A stretch of DNA of 64,000 nt from Leptospiraceae bacterium (GCA_040217195.1 JAVJNR010000008.1:544001-608000), one strand, 5' to 3'; counted from the first letter of the stretch, positions 10,100 through 19,200 are shown. Numbers and translations are program-made. The notes: generated by a model not told the origin, from the sequence alone.

Positions 10100-11584
10100 A
10101 TGAAACTACTGAGTAACGACTACAATCGAACAACAGGGCTTTATCTGATCATCTCCACTCTATGGCTCCTTCTGGGCGTTGCCATCCGCGTGGTGAACGA
10201 GATTCAGATGATCACCTTCATGCCCGGACCGGATTCCTATTTTTCCTACGGATATCTTCGTCCGGTGGGTTCCAATCTGCTGATCTTTGGCGGATTGCTG
10301 GGCTACTTTTTCGCCCTTGGATATCAAATCATTCATGCTAGAGCAGGCTTTCGCATTGACCTGGCAGGTCTTGCAGCCCTGGGAGCTCATCAAACGGCCC
10401 TTCTATTTGGAATAATTACCATCTTTGCTGGCTACAATTCCGGTCGAGAATATGGTGAGCTGAACTGGATCGCCGACAACCTGATGATGGTTGTATTCAC
10501 TGTATTTCTGGTCCTACTACTAATTGCACTATGGGGCAAAGAAGATCTAAAGGCCTATGAAAAGCTTACGGCTGCTACCATAGGCGGGATGATGGTTTTC
10601 TATTTCCTGGGTAACTTTGGCATGCCCAATGGTCTTCTGGTGACCACGGCCCCAACATCCGGAGCCCAGGATGCTCTGGTTGCTGAAATGTATCGGAACG
10701 CAGTGCTTACGTTCTTCATTCTGTTCCCTCTGTTTACTATGGGATACTACTGGCTGGAAAAGCATTATGAACTTCCGGTATTCAGTGAGGCCACGGTACA
10801 TTTTCAGATCCTGGCCGGAGCTGTGATGGTGCCTGTGGCCGCCGGTGGCACTTTACTGGGCACAGCCGATGCCAAAATTCTGCAGTATGTGGGCACTGGT
10901 GCAGCCCTGGCTCTGACCATGTCTTTGCTTGCGGGAGTAGCCAATATTCATTATTCTCTGTCTCGAAGCGGTAAGATCATTGAGTCCGACCAGGATGGAA
11001 AAGCTCTTCGCTGGGGTCTGATTCTGGTGGGTGTTTACCTTGCGGTCCGATTTGTGCTACAGATTCCTCTGATTGGATCTGACTTTCGCTACATGGCCTG
11101 GAATAACCAGGACCTGTATTCTCTGGCCGCCACGGCAGTACTACCTCTGGCCCTGGCATCAGCCTATTTGCTGCTGGGCTACTGGAAACAAGCTTCCACT
11201 CCTTCGAAGCTAAAGTCCTTCGGTAATTTCTTTCTCTATACTGGTATCATAACCTTTCTGGGTGCAGCGCTGACCCAGGGTTGGATTCAGGCCCTGAATG
11301 CTTCTTCGCTGGCCGGAGAAGGCGCAGAAAAAGCTCTGGAAAATCCAGCCTGGGCACAGGTTCTCTTCGCAGGTAGCCTGGAATCAGAAGTAGGAAAGGA
11401 TGCACTATTCAGTTATCTGTATTCTGTATATGGATTTGTATTAATCGGGCTAATCATGACTTTTATCGGTGCTCTGGCCGGCGTTTTGGCCGTGCTGGCA
11501 GGTTTGTCCGGAAAAGCGGCGGCTTATAGTCGCCCGAGCATGGTGAGTGAGGCCCCGGTGGCCCAGTCTGCCCAATCGCATTGA
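10100..11584 (+). CDS. cbb3-type oxidase subunit I (CcoN)-like membrane protein lacking the metal-ligand histidines
   Basis: CcoN-like segments are recognisable (SYGYLRPVGSN, GREYGELNWIAD, SGAQDALV, YYWLEKHYELPVFS, FRYMAW), about 12 TM helices, upstream of ccoO/ccoP-like genes. The canonical His positions are substituted. Confidence 0.82.
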   Translation: MKLLSNDYNRTTGLYLIISTLWLLLGVAIRVVNEIQMITFMPGPDSYFSYGYLRPVGSNLLIFGGLLGYFFALGYQIIHARAGFRIDLAGLAALGAHQTALLFGIITIFAGYNSGREYGELNWIADNLMMVVFTVFLVLLLIALWGKEDLKAYEKLTAATIGGMMVFYFLGNFGMPNGLLVTTAPTSGAQDALVAEMYRNAVLTFFILFPLFTMGYYWLEKHYELPVFSEATVHFQILAGAVMVPVAAGGTLLGTADAKILQYVGTGAALALTMSLLAGVANIHYSLSRSGKIIESDQDGKALRWGLILVGVYLAVRFVLQIPLIGSDFRYMAWNNQDLYSLAATAVLPLALASAYLLLGYWKQASTPSKLKSFGNFFLYTGIITFLGAALTQGWIQALNASSLAGEGAEKALENPAWAQVLFAGSLESEVGKDALFSYLYSVYGFVLIGLIMTFIGALAGVLAVLAGLSGKAAAYSRPSMVSEAPVAQSAQSH

Positions 11585-11603
11585 GACCAAGGAAACGAAC
11601 GAT

Positions 11604-12272
11604 ATGAATTCTCCGTTCAAAACAGTATCTTCTACCGTTGTTACCACCGTGGTGGCCGGGCTTGTTGCTTTCGCAGCCAGTATCGTGCTACCATTTGGAG
11701 CTCCCGATTTGCATGGAAAGCACCAGTATACGCAAGCTCCTGAAGACATTCTGGTTCTAAAAGGTCAGGAAGTCTACTATCAGGAAGGATGCCAGTACTG
11801 CCATAGCCAGGGAATTCGAGCCCAGGCCTGGGAGGTTCTGCGCTTTAGCGATACAGAAAAGCTGGGGTACTATCCAGCTCCCCAGAAGCAGGCAAATCTG
11901 TTTTTTACTCCTTCCGTGCAGGGCTCCACTCGCATTGGTCCTGATCTTTCGCACATTGGACTGAAGATGGATAAATCGGCGCTCAGGGCTCTGCTCCAGA
12001 GTGATCCGTATCAGAATCCCAGGAATCCTCAGTTTGATATGCGAACGGGAAATCATAACTACACGTATCTCTTCTCCCAGGATGAGCTGGATGCCCTGGC
12101 CCTGTCCTGGAAAGTGCGCTGGATGATGAACTTCGGCCTTCCGCTGAATGATCCCTATCAGCGCTCTGCATTCTCCAGACTGGAGGATCAGACTCGAGGA
12201 GATGCTCTGGTGGAATATCTGAACTTCCTGGGAAGCCGACAGGCTGCTTACGATGGAGAGTTCTACCAATAA
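11604..12272 (+). CDS. cbb3-type oxidase subunit II (CcoO)-like monoheme cytochrome c
   Basis: N-terminal TM helix, GQEVYYQEGCQYCHSQGIR, GSTRIGPDL and C-terminal TRGDALVEYLNFLG, all matching CcoO signatures. Confidence 0.85.
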   Translation: MNSPFKTVSSTVVTTVVAGLVAFAASIVLPFGAPDLHGKHQYTQAPEDILVLKGQEVYYQEGCQYCHSQGIRAQAWEVLRFSDTEKLGYYPAPQKQANLFFTPSVQGSTRIGPDLSHIGLKMDKSALRALLQSDPYQNPRNPQFDMRTGNHNYTYLFSQDELDALALSWKVRWMMNFGLPLNDPYQRSAFSRLEDQTRGDALVEYLNFLGSRQAAYDGEFYQ

Positions 12273-12326
12273 GATCTCAGTATTGAGGCTTATCAGTTTT
12301 CGACTTAGAAGGATCTGGCAAGAATT

Positions 12327-12830
12327 ATGAGTGATAATAGCAATAACAAAGCCGTACCGGGATGGGTGAATTTCCTTTTCTGGGGAGCGCTGGTGGGTGG
12401 CGTGATGGTTGCCATCTTCTCCCAGGGCTTTCTGAATCAGCCGGATGCTGTGACAGTTCGTGACCAGCTGGGTCAGCGATATGTGGTTCCCAGCATTGAT
12501 ATTATTCCAGTTCGAGATGCAGCCGCCATTGAAGCTGGAAAAGAAACCTACGGCCGAGTTTGTGTGGCCTGTCATGGTCTCAATCTGGAAGGTGGCGTTG
12601 GCCCCAACCTCTCTGACAATGAATGGTGGCATCAGCCAGCAGCAGAGACCAATCTGGCGAAACTGGTCATGAACGGTGTTAGCGCCGGTGAGGCTCTGGG
12701 CCCCAATAAGGTTCCCATGCCTGCTCGTGGTGGCCAGGCTTTATCCAATGAAGAAGTGTGGCAGGTTATATACTATATATCTGACCAGAACGGCTCCATT
12801 GAACAGGATGCTGTTCCAACGGCTCAGTAA
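12327..12830 (+). CDS. CcoP-like membrane-anchored monoheme cytochrome c
   Basis: N-terminal VPGWVNFLFWG anchor resembling the CcoP N-terminus, CVACHG, GGVGPNLSDNEW and distal Met motif PMPARGG. Confidence 0.8.
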   Translation: MSDNSNNKAVPGWVNFLFWGALVGGVMVAIFSQGFLNQPDAVTVRDQLGQRYVVPSIDIIPVRDAAAIEAGKETYGRVCVACHGLNLEGGVGPNLSDNEWWHQPAAETNLAKLVMNGVSAGEALGPNKVPMPARGGQALSNEEVWQVIYYISDQNGSIEQDAVPTAQ

Positions 12831-12910
12831 CTTAGTAGGCTCAGTCAAATCGCATAAGAAGATCAAAATAGTCGCCAGGCCATTCTCCTGGCAGCAATGG
12901 GATCAAATTG

Positions 12911-12940
12911 AAAGCCGTGTTTTCTAGCACGGCTTTTTCT
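12911..12940. terminator. Intrinsic terminator ending the ACIII operon, probably bidirectional (also serving recJ)
   Basis: Stem AAAGCCGTG, 8-nt loop, CACGGCTTT followed by TTCT; lies between convergent genes. Confidence 0.75.
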
Positions 12941-13030
12941 ATTCTAATGAGTTTCCAGTCCCAGCCTTTATGAGTTTCTACCTGTCCGGGCGGCGGCTCA
13001 TGTCTACTTACCCTTCCCGCCAATCGAATT

Positions 13031-15265
13031 CTAGCCAGCATTCACTGCCGAAACAGTCTTTGCACCGGCTGTAGCGGCAGATTCTTCACTGTTCTTAAAA
13101 AGAGGACTGTCCAGGTCCTGAATCACAAACTGAAACTTAGAGCGCTTTTTGCCTCCCCGGAATACATCCGCCTCCAGGGTGCCCAGTATCCAGTCCACAG
13201 GTATTTGAAGACCGGAAACGGTTCCTCTGGCTTCGGATTCCTGTCCTGACTGCAAAATCATCGTCTGAATAAGTCCACCTCGATTCCAGAGTACACCACG
13301 TACGGTTCGATTACCCTGCAGCGTAATCTGAGCATGGAGCCCACCAGACATGAATTTAACCTCTGTTATCACTGTGTTTTGAATTCTGAATATTGGTTCT
13401 GGATTTCCCGGACCAAAGGGCTCCAGAAATTCCATTTGCTCATAGATCTGCTTGTTCAGTGCAGAAAGTGGCAGATCCACCACCAGACCTTCGCGCACCG
13501 AATGCTCCTCTCCATTCCAACCGGTAGATTCCAACAGTGAATCCATATGAGTTAATAGAGCACCTTCAATAAATTCCAGAGCCTCCCGCTCCAGGGAGAA
13601 GCCCGCCGCTTCTGGATGGCCTCCATATTGGAGTAAATGATCGGACACTCCTTCCAGAATAGAAAGTGCACTCAAACCACCAAAGCTTCGCACGGATCCT
13701 CGAACTCTTTCTCCATCGGGATTCATATAGACCACTGGCCTGCGATAGCGTTCCATGAGTCGACTGGCTAGAATGCCGGACACTCCGGGCTCCAGCCGAT
13801 CATCATAACAGACGATTAGGGGAGCTGTGGTTTTTTCCGGATCCTTTTCCAGAAGTTCTTCTAGTATGGATTGATTCCTTCGCGTACGATCCTTGCGCTT
13901 TTCATTCAGTCTTACAAGTTTGCGAGCCAGGGCACTGGCATCTTCCGGACTGGAGCTACAGAGTAAATCCAGGGCAAGCTCCGTTTCACCCATTCGGCCT
14001 GCCGCATTCAGTACAGGACCAATCTTCCATCCGAAGTCTCGACCGGACCAGTCCGTTCGATCTATTCGCAAAGCTGAATAAAGGGAATCCAGCCCGGGCC
14101 GAAATTCCGGTTCAGGAATAACACTGCCCAATAGAGTATTCAATCGCATACCCAGGCGAGCCACTACTCGATTCTCTCCCAGGAGAGGTACCATATCTGT
14201 AACAAGACCGATGGCAGCCAGATCGGAGTGTTCTACCATGAATTCCAGAAGCCGAGGTCGTTGCATTACAGCGGATGCGAACAGATATTGCCCGGCTCGC
14301 AATCGACCTTCTTCGCTTTCCACCCATGGACTGCAATTCATGCGACTTTCATCCACCAGTTCCTCTTCCGTAATCCTTTGAATGTCTGGTTGAATGTTCA
14401 TTATTCCGTTTAGGGCCAGCGGAGGCTGAATCTCTTTCTCCGCCATGAATTGGCCCATAGAGAGAAGGGATTGCTCCAGCTGTTGTTTGGCCAGGGACTC
14501 ATCAGCGGGCAGCGAAGCTGGCAACAAATCCCTTACTTCTGATGGAAGCACACTGGACGATGGATCTACCGAAGAATGCAAAAAGGCACCGGTCCGGTAC
14601 AGATTATAACTTCCATCCTTGCTGGCCAGAATTTCCACTCGGTTCCACAGAGCAGTATGGGAAAGTGCATAGGCAATTAGCAGTTTATAAACCAATCCCA
14701 CAGTGGCGATCTTTCCTCTATGTTCCAGACTTTCGCAGTAAGGTAATAACCTTGGGTTGATAAAGGCGCAGTAGGGAATACCCTGAGGATCGGAGATAAC
14801 ATGGTGATCCAGAACGATAACCCTTTTACCCGCATCCAGAACTTGCTGTATCTCGCTTAAGTGAGCGCTTCCCATATCCATGAGAATGACCAGGGGCGCT
14901 CTGGATGCGATAATCCTGTCCAGAAAGCTACCTGCAAGGCCGTAATCATCCCCTTCGCTGGAGACCAGGGTATCGACCAGGGCCACTTCCGGACCGGTTC
15001 TTTGATCCAGAAATCGGTGTAGCAATGCCGTTGAGGTAACTCCATCCACGTCCCGGTCTCCTACAAGTAAGATGGGAGACTGCTTTTGAATGGCATCATC
15101 CAGGTATTGAACGGCCAGAGCCATTCCAGGAAGGGATAAGGGACTGTGCATCACCGGATACTCTACAAAAAAGTCCGGATCGTTCAGATGCTCATAGGCA
15201 GAGTTGGCTTTTAGAGACTCCACCAGGTTTTTTCCGTCGGTTGAAATGCTATCCATCGGTTCCAC
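13031..15265 (-). CDS. recJ: Single-stranded-DNA exonuclease RecJ (DHH/DHHA1) with an internal insertion
   Basis: GDRDVDG, MDMG, LDHH, DLAAIGLVTDMVPLLGENR, GPVLNAAGR and GGHPEAAG motifs. Start may be ATG 15256. Confidence 0.87.
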   Translation of the reverse strand: MEPMDSISTDGKNLVESLKANSAYEHLNDPDFFVEYPVMHSPLSLPGMALAVQYLDDAIQKQSPILLVGDRDVDGVTSTALLHRFLDQRTGPEVALVDTLVSSEGDDYGLAGSFLDRIIASRAPLVILMDMGSAHLSEIQQVLDAGKRVIVLDHHVISDPQGIPYCAFINPRLLPYCESLEHRGKIATVGLVYKLLIAYALSHTALWNRVEILASKDGSYNLYRTGAFLHSSVDPSSSVLPSEVRDLLPASLPADESLAKQQLEQSLLSMGQFMAEKEIQPPLALNGIMNIQPDIQRITEEELVDESRMNCSPWVESEEGRLRAGQYLFASAVMQRPRLLEFMVEHSDLAAIGLVTDMVPLLGENRVVARLGMRLNTLLGSVIPEPEFRPGLDSLYSALRIDRTDWSGRDFGWKIGPVLNAAGRMGETELALDLLCSSSPEDASALARKLVRLNEKRKDRTRRNQSILEELLEKDPEKTTAPLIVCYDDRLEPGVSGILASRLMERYRRPVVYMNPDGERVRGSVRSFGGLSALSILEGVSDHLLQYGGHPEAAGFSLEREALEFIEGALLTHMDSLLESTGWNGEEHSVREGLVVDLPLSALNKQIYEQMEFLEPFGPGNPEPIFRIQNTVITEVKFMSGGLHAQITLQGNRTVRGVLWNRGGLIQTMILQSGQESEARGTVSGLQIPVDWILGTLEADVFRGGKKRSKFQFVIQDLDSPLFKNSEESAATAGAKTVSAVNAG

Positions 15266-15431
15266 GATTATATGTTATTATGTCCATGTGACAAGCGAGA
15301 AAAGCCGCAGAATTCAGGCAGGCGGACCAGGCGTCAGGCAGCAGACATTGCCAGGTCATTACCAATTCCAGAAACAGGAGGACCTATTCTGCCTGGCCTG
15401 TTTGTGCCCGGAAGACGGTAATAGCCGTAGA

Positions 15432-15890
15432 TCAGTAGGGCCCGGATGAGGATTTTAATTCCTCTGGATCCGCCAGCCGGGGTCTCTGGCCTGTGGACGC
15501 TTCCAGAGGATCCAGGTATCTGGGGGTTTCGGACAAATGCCTGCCAGCCAGAGGAAATCGCTCGGACAGATCCCCTCCTTCTCGAAAGAACAATCTCTCA
15601 AGTGAAATCAAGAATCCATACCAGCCATGTTTGCGAATGGCCTTATGAGCGTAGGCGGAGCAGGAAGGATACATAGGGCATCGGGGGCCGTCCAGGTGGG
15701 TACCGGTGGTTCGATGATACTCAACCAGCGCATCCACAAGTCCCAGCCCGGGGGCCACATCTTCTTTTTCTGAAGCAGCGGTGCAGTGAATTACAGAAGA
15801 AATAGCCAGCGCTGCCAGAAAGAAAAACCTGAGCCCACCGGATCTTTCTGTGGATCTACTCCTTTTACTATGCTGGATATTACTATTCAT
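15432..15890 (-). CDS. YidD-like (membrane protein insertion efficiency factor domain) protein
   Basis: RCPMYPSCSAYAHKAIRKHG matches the YidD C-x-x-x-P-S-C-S-x-Y motif; hydrophobic N-terminal segment ending in Cys. Start uncertain. Confidence 0.65.
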   Translation of the reverse strand: MNSNIQHSKRSRSTERSGGLRFFFLAALAISSVIHCTAASEKEDVAPGLGLVDALVEYHRTTGTHLDGPRCPMYPSCSAYAHKAIRKHGWYGFLISLERLFFREGGDLSERFPLAGRHLSETPRYLDPLEASTGQRPRLADPEELKSSSGPY

Positions 15891-15927
15891 TTCCTTATTT
15901 TTTCCGGTTGAAAAAAGGACCGCAACT

Positions 15928-16863
15928 ATGAAAAACATGCTACAGCCTATGCTGCCGCATAAAGCCCTGAGGCACAATCTTTTCTATTACCCGGCGCTCC
16001 TGCTATTTCTGGTCTTTGAATTCTACTCCACTGCATTGAGTGCGCAGCAAGTCCAGCCCTGCAATCGCCCGCAAGGCAATGCATTATACAATGCAGGTCA
16101 ATACCCCCTGGCATCCCTTTCCTTCTTTGAATCTCCCTTCGAAAAATCAACTGATTGTGCAGAACGGTACGCACTGGCACGTATGCGAGACGGTGATTTT
16201 CGCAGGGCCAGGGATGCATTACGCAATCGCTTTGACAATTCTTCGTTGCTGCTTCGAATGTTTGCAGGCATACCACTGGGAGAGTACAACGATGTACTCT
16301 TCGATCGAGACCAATTTCTGGCCGGGGATGCGCCGGATAAACAGAAGGATATAGCGCGACTGCTGGGACTTTCTGTTTATCTTGATGCCGGGGATTACAG
16401 CCGAGCCAACCCTGGACTGGAAAGGCTTCAAAAAAGCACAAGCCATGAAGATTTAAGATTACTTATTGGCCAGGTTCGCACAGACCTTCTGGAATACGAA
16501 TCTCTGGACCGAAAGTCTCCCTGGATTGCGGGCGGACTGGCAACTCTCTTTCCGGGGGCCGGACATGTATACACAGAGCATTATACGGATGCGGCCCTTT
16601 CGCTCTTCTGGAATGGGGTATTTCTGGGCGGTGGAGCGTACCTGTACAATCTCGAGCGAAAAGCAGATGTGAGCCATGGAGGCTCCATTGTATTTGGTCT
16701 TGCAGGACTGATATTCTACGCTGCCAATATCACAGGAGCCATCAGTTCTGCACATAGGTACAACTATTTTCAGGAAAGAAGGCTTCAGCAAAAAATTCGG
16801 GAACGATATTTTAATCTTGATTTTATTGAGAAACAATCCGGGCTTACATTCACTGTTCAATAG
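15928..16863 (+). CDS. Exported helical-repeat protein with C-terminal TM2-like membrane motif
   Basis: Signal peptide, TPR-like helices, KSPWIAGGLATLFPGAGHVY motif followed by hydrophobic helices; AAGGA RBS before ATG 15928. Confidence 0.6.
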   Translation: MKNMLQPMLPHKALRHNLFYYPALLLFLVFEFYSTALSAQQVQPCNRPQGNALYNAGQYPLASLSFFESPFEKSTDCAERYALARMRDGDFRRARDALRNRFDNSSLLLRMFAGIPLGEYNDVLFDRDQFLAGDAPDKQKDIARLLGLSVYLDAGDYSRANPGLERLQKSTSHEDLRLLIGQVRTDLLEYESLDRKSPWIAGGLATLFPGAGHVYTEHYTDAALSLFWNGVFLGGGAYLYNLERKADVSHGGSIVFGLAGLIFYAANITGAISSAHRYNYFQERRLQQKIRERYFNLDFIEKQSGLTFTVQ

Positions 16864-16905
16864 TGGCAGTAGCTCCCGGCTGGAAGGACAAATTAAGGAT
16901 ATACT

Positions 16906-17577
16906 ATGGAAAAGGATCCAAGACAGATTATTTCAGAGATGTGCCAGAATTTCTATCGCCAGGGATGGGTTTCCGGCACAGGTGGAGGGATTTCCATTCG
17001 CCGGGATGACAGGGTCTACATGGCTCCCAGCGGAGTAGAGAAGGAAAAGATACGTCCGGAAGATTGCTTTGTTGTAAATCTACAGGGCGAAGTTCTGGAA
17101 ACGCCAGCCAACAATACCCTGAAGCTCACTGAATGCGCTCCTCTATTTCTTTCTGCATTTGAACTGCGAGATGCCGGCGCCGTCTTGCATTCCCATTCCT
17201 CCAATGTTGTTTTAATGACTATGCTGGCCAGACGCCTGGACGAAGAATTGTCTGTGCTGGAATTCACTCAATTGGAGATGATCAAAGGCATTATTGGGCA
17301 CGGATACTTTGATACATTTGAGTTACCTGTAGTGGACAATACAGCTCATGAATGCGACCTGACCGCATCTATGCGAAAGGCCATAGAGCGTTTTCCAGAT
17401 AGTCCAGCTGTGGCCGTACGCAATCACGGAATCTATGTTTGGGGACCCAATGAAGTAAAAGCAAAGACCCAGGCAGAATGCATCGATTTCATCTGCGAGG
17501 TTTACTGGAAGATGCGCTCCGCTGGAATAGAATCTCATATCTCAGCGCCTCCTCAAACAGCTGCGCTACAGTCATGA
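16906..17577 (+). CDS. mtnB: Methylthioribulose-1-phosphate dehydratase (class II aldolase fold, methionine salvage)
   Basis: GWVSGTGGGIS, APSGVEKE, ECAPLF, GAVLHSHS and RNHGIYVWG motifs. Confidence 0.88.
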   Translation: MEKDPRQIISEMCQNFYRQGWVSGTGGGISIRRDDRVYMAPSGVEKEKIRPEDCFVVNLQGEVLETPANNTLKLTECAPLFLSAFELRDAGAVLHSHSSNVVLMTMLARRLDEELSVLEFTQLEMIKGIIGHGYFDTFELPVVDNTAHECDLTASMRKAIERFPDSPAVAVRNHGIYVWGPNEVKAKTQAECIDFICEVYWKMRSAGIESHISAPPQTAALQS

Positions 17578-17617
17578 TCTACCGACATCGCCAGGCCCCC
17601 CTCTGGAACCTACTATA

Positions 17618-18115
17618 GTGTCAGTCAAAGAACCTGATTTTGTATTGGACATATTCCTCCGTCCGGGGGAGTTTTTCTGGGGCGATGCTACCACCAGGAT
17701 TCGCACTATCCTGGGAAGCTGCGTGGCTATCTGTCTATGGCATCCGGAACTCTGCGTCGGAGGTATGAGCCACTCCATACTTCCCCGCCGAAAAACCCCG
17801 GAGCTACCGGAAAAAGGCCAGGAAGCTCGCTATGTTGACGATGCTATTGACCTATTCTTGAGAAACATCAGGAAATCCGGTACAAATCCGTCCGAATTTC
17901 AGGTGAAGGTATTCGGAGGAGGAAGCTTCTTCGCCGGTGGAGAAAATGACCGTTCCGTTGGGTCCATGAACGTGGCTATTACCCGGGAACTACTTCAGGA
18001 TCATGGATTTCGAATTCACAAAGAACACCTGGGCGGAATGGAAGGCCGCAATGTATTGTTTCATCTATGGAATGGAGAGGTCTGGATGAAGCGCATTGCC
18101 ATAACAAATCGATGA
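17618..18115 (+). CDS. cheD: Chemoreceptor glutamine deamidase CheD
   Basis: TILGSCVAICLW, GGMSHSILP and KVFGGG motifs. Confidence 0.9.
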   Translation: MSVKEPDFVLDIFLRPGEFFWGDATTRIRTILGSCVAICLWHPELCVGGMSHSILPRRKTPELPEKGQEARYVDDAIDLFLRNIRKSGTNPSEFQVKVFGGGSFFAGGENDRSVGSMNVAITRELLQDHGFRIHKEHLGGMEGRNVLFHLWNGEVWMKRIAITNR

Positions 18116-19200
18116 TCAATGTAGCCATAGTAGATGATTCAGCGGTTGTCCAGGAGACATTCAAGCTGCTCCTGAGCCAGGACCCGGATATCCATGTATT
18201 GCATACTGCAGCAGATCCTATTTTTGCGCTGCATAAGTTTAAAAAGCAATGGCCGGATGTAATTATCACAGACATCGAAATGCCACGCATGGATGGCATA
18301 GCTTTTATTCGAGAAATTAAAAAAACTCACGATACTCCCATCATCATCTGTTCCTCGGTTACCGGTGAACTTCCCCGGAGCACCATCGCAGCTCTGGAAG
18401 CCGGAGCCATCGAAATCATCCCCAAACCTCAGCTTGCAGTAAAACAGTTCCTCCAGGATATTGAGCACAAGGTAATTCATTTAATCAAGGCCGCCGCCGC
18501 ATCCCATCCTTCGGCCCCTCCTCCTGCTCGCGAAAGCTCAGGCACCGGGACGGTACATACCATTTCCAGGTCAGTCCCTTCATCCACTTCCAACTTTGAA
18601 CAATTACTGGACGATCCCAGAAGTAAGATGCCCTGCCGGATGGTGGCCATCGGAGCGAGCACAGGTGGTGTTCAGGCTCTTGAAAGCATTATCACAGCGC
18701 TCAGGCCTCCATTGCCACCCATAGTCATTGTTCAGCATATGCCGGAAAAATTCACAGAAGCTTTTGCCCAGAGACTGGACCATATTTCCACCGTACATGT
18801 TCGGGAGGCCAGGGATGGAGAGAATCTGAAAAATAGCACGGTGTACATCGCTCCGGGCAACTATCATCTGGAGGTGCGCCCGGATGCGGCTGGATTTGCC
18901 TGCAAGGTATCCCAGGGGGATCCAGTGAACCGTCACAGACCGTCGGTCGATGTTCTATTTCACTCCGTGGCCCAGCACGTGGGAAAGCTAAGCGCTGGAA
19001 TACTGCTCACCGGGATGGGCGCTGACGGAGCCCAGGGACTACTTGAAATGAGACAGGCAGGGGCCAGAACCTGTTGCCAGGATGAAGCCAGTTCTGTAGT
19101 ATTTGGAATGCCGTACGAAGGTATTCGCATTGGGGCTGCGCAGACAGTTATTTCGCTGGACAGAATGCCCCAGTACATTGCCTCCCTTGTACACAGGTAA
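18112..19200 (+). CDS. cheB: Chemotaxis response-regulator methylesterase CheB
   Basis: REC domain (VDDS, DIEMP) plus IGASTGG, VQHMP, HRPSVDVLF and LLTGMGADGA; ATGA overlap with the cheD stop. Confidence 0.93.
   Translation: MINVAIVDDSAVVQETFKLLLSQDPDIHVLHTAADPIFALHKFKKQWPDVIITDIEMPRMDGIAFIREIKKTHDTPIIICSSVTGELPRSTIAALEAGAIEIIPKPQLAVKQFLQDIEHKVIHLIKAAAASHPSAPPPARESSGTGTVHTISRSVPSSTSNFEQLLDDPRSKMPCRMVAIGASTGGVQALESIITALRPPLPPIVIVQHMPEKFTEAFAQRLDHISTVHVREARDGENLKNSTVYIAPGNYHLEVRPDAAGFACKVSQGDPVNRHRPSVDVLFHSVAQHVGKLSAGILLTGMGADGAQGLLEMRQAGARTCCQDEASSVVFGMPYEGIRIGAAQTVISLDRMPQYIASLVHR

Noticed and set aside
10100..11584. Calling the ccoN-like gene a pseudogene or a functional cbb3 oxidase/NO reductase
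   Set aside because: The frame is intact and full length, so it is not a pseudogene. The His ligands required by both oxidases and NO reductases are absent.
11757..12632. 291-aa minus-strand ORF
   Set aside because: Lies antisense to the ccoO- and ccoP-like genes, which carry clear motifs; the ORF itself has none.
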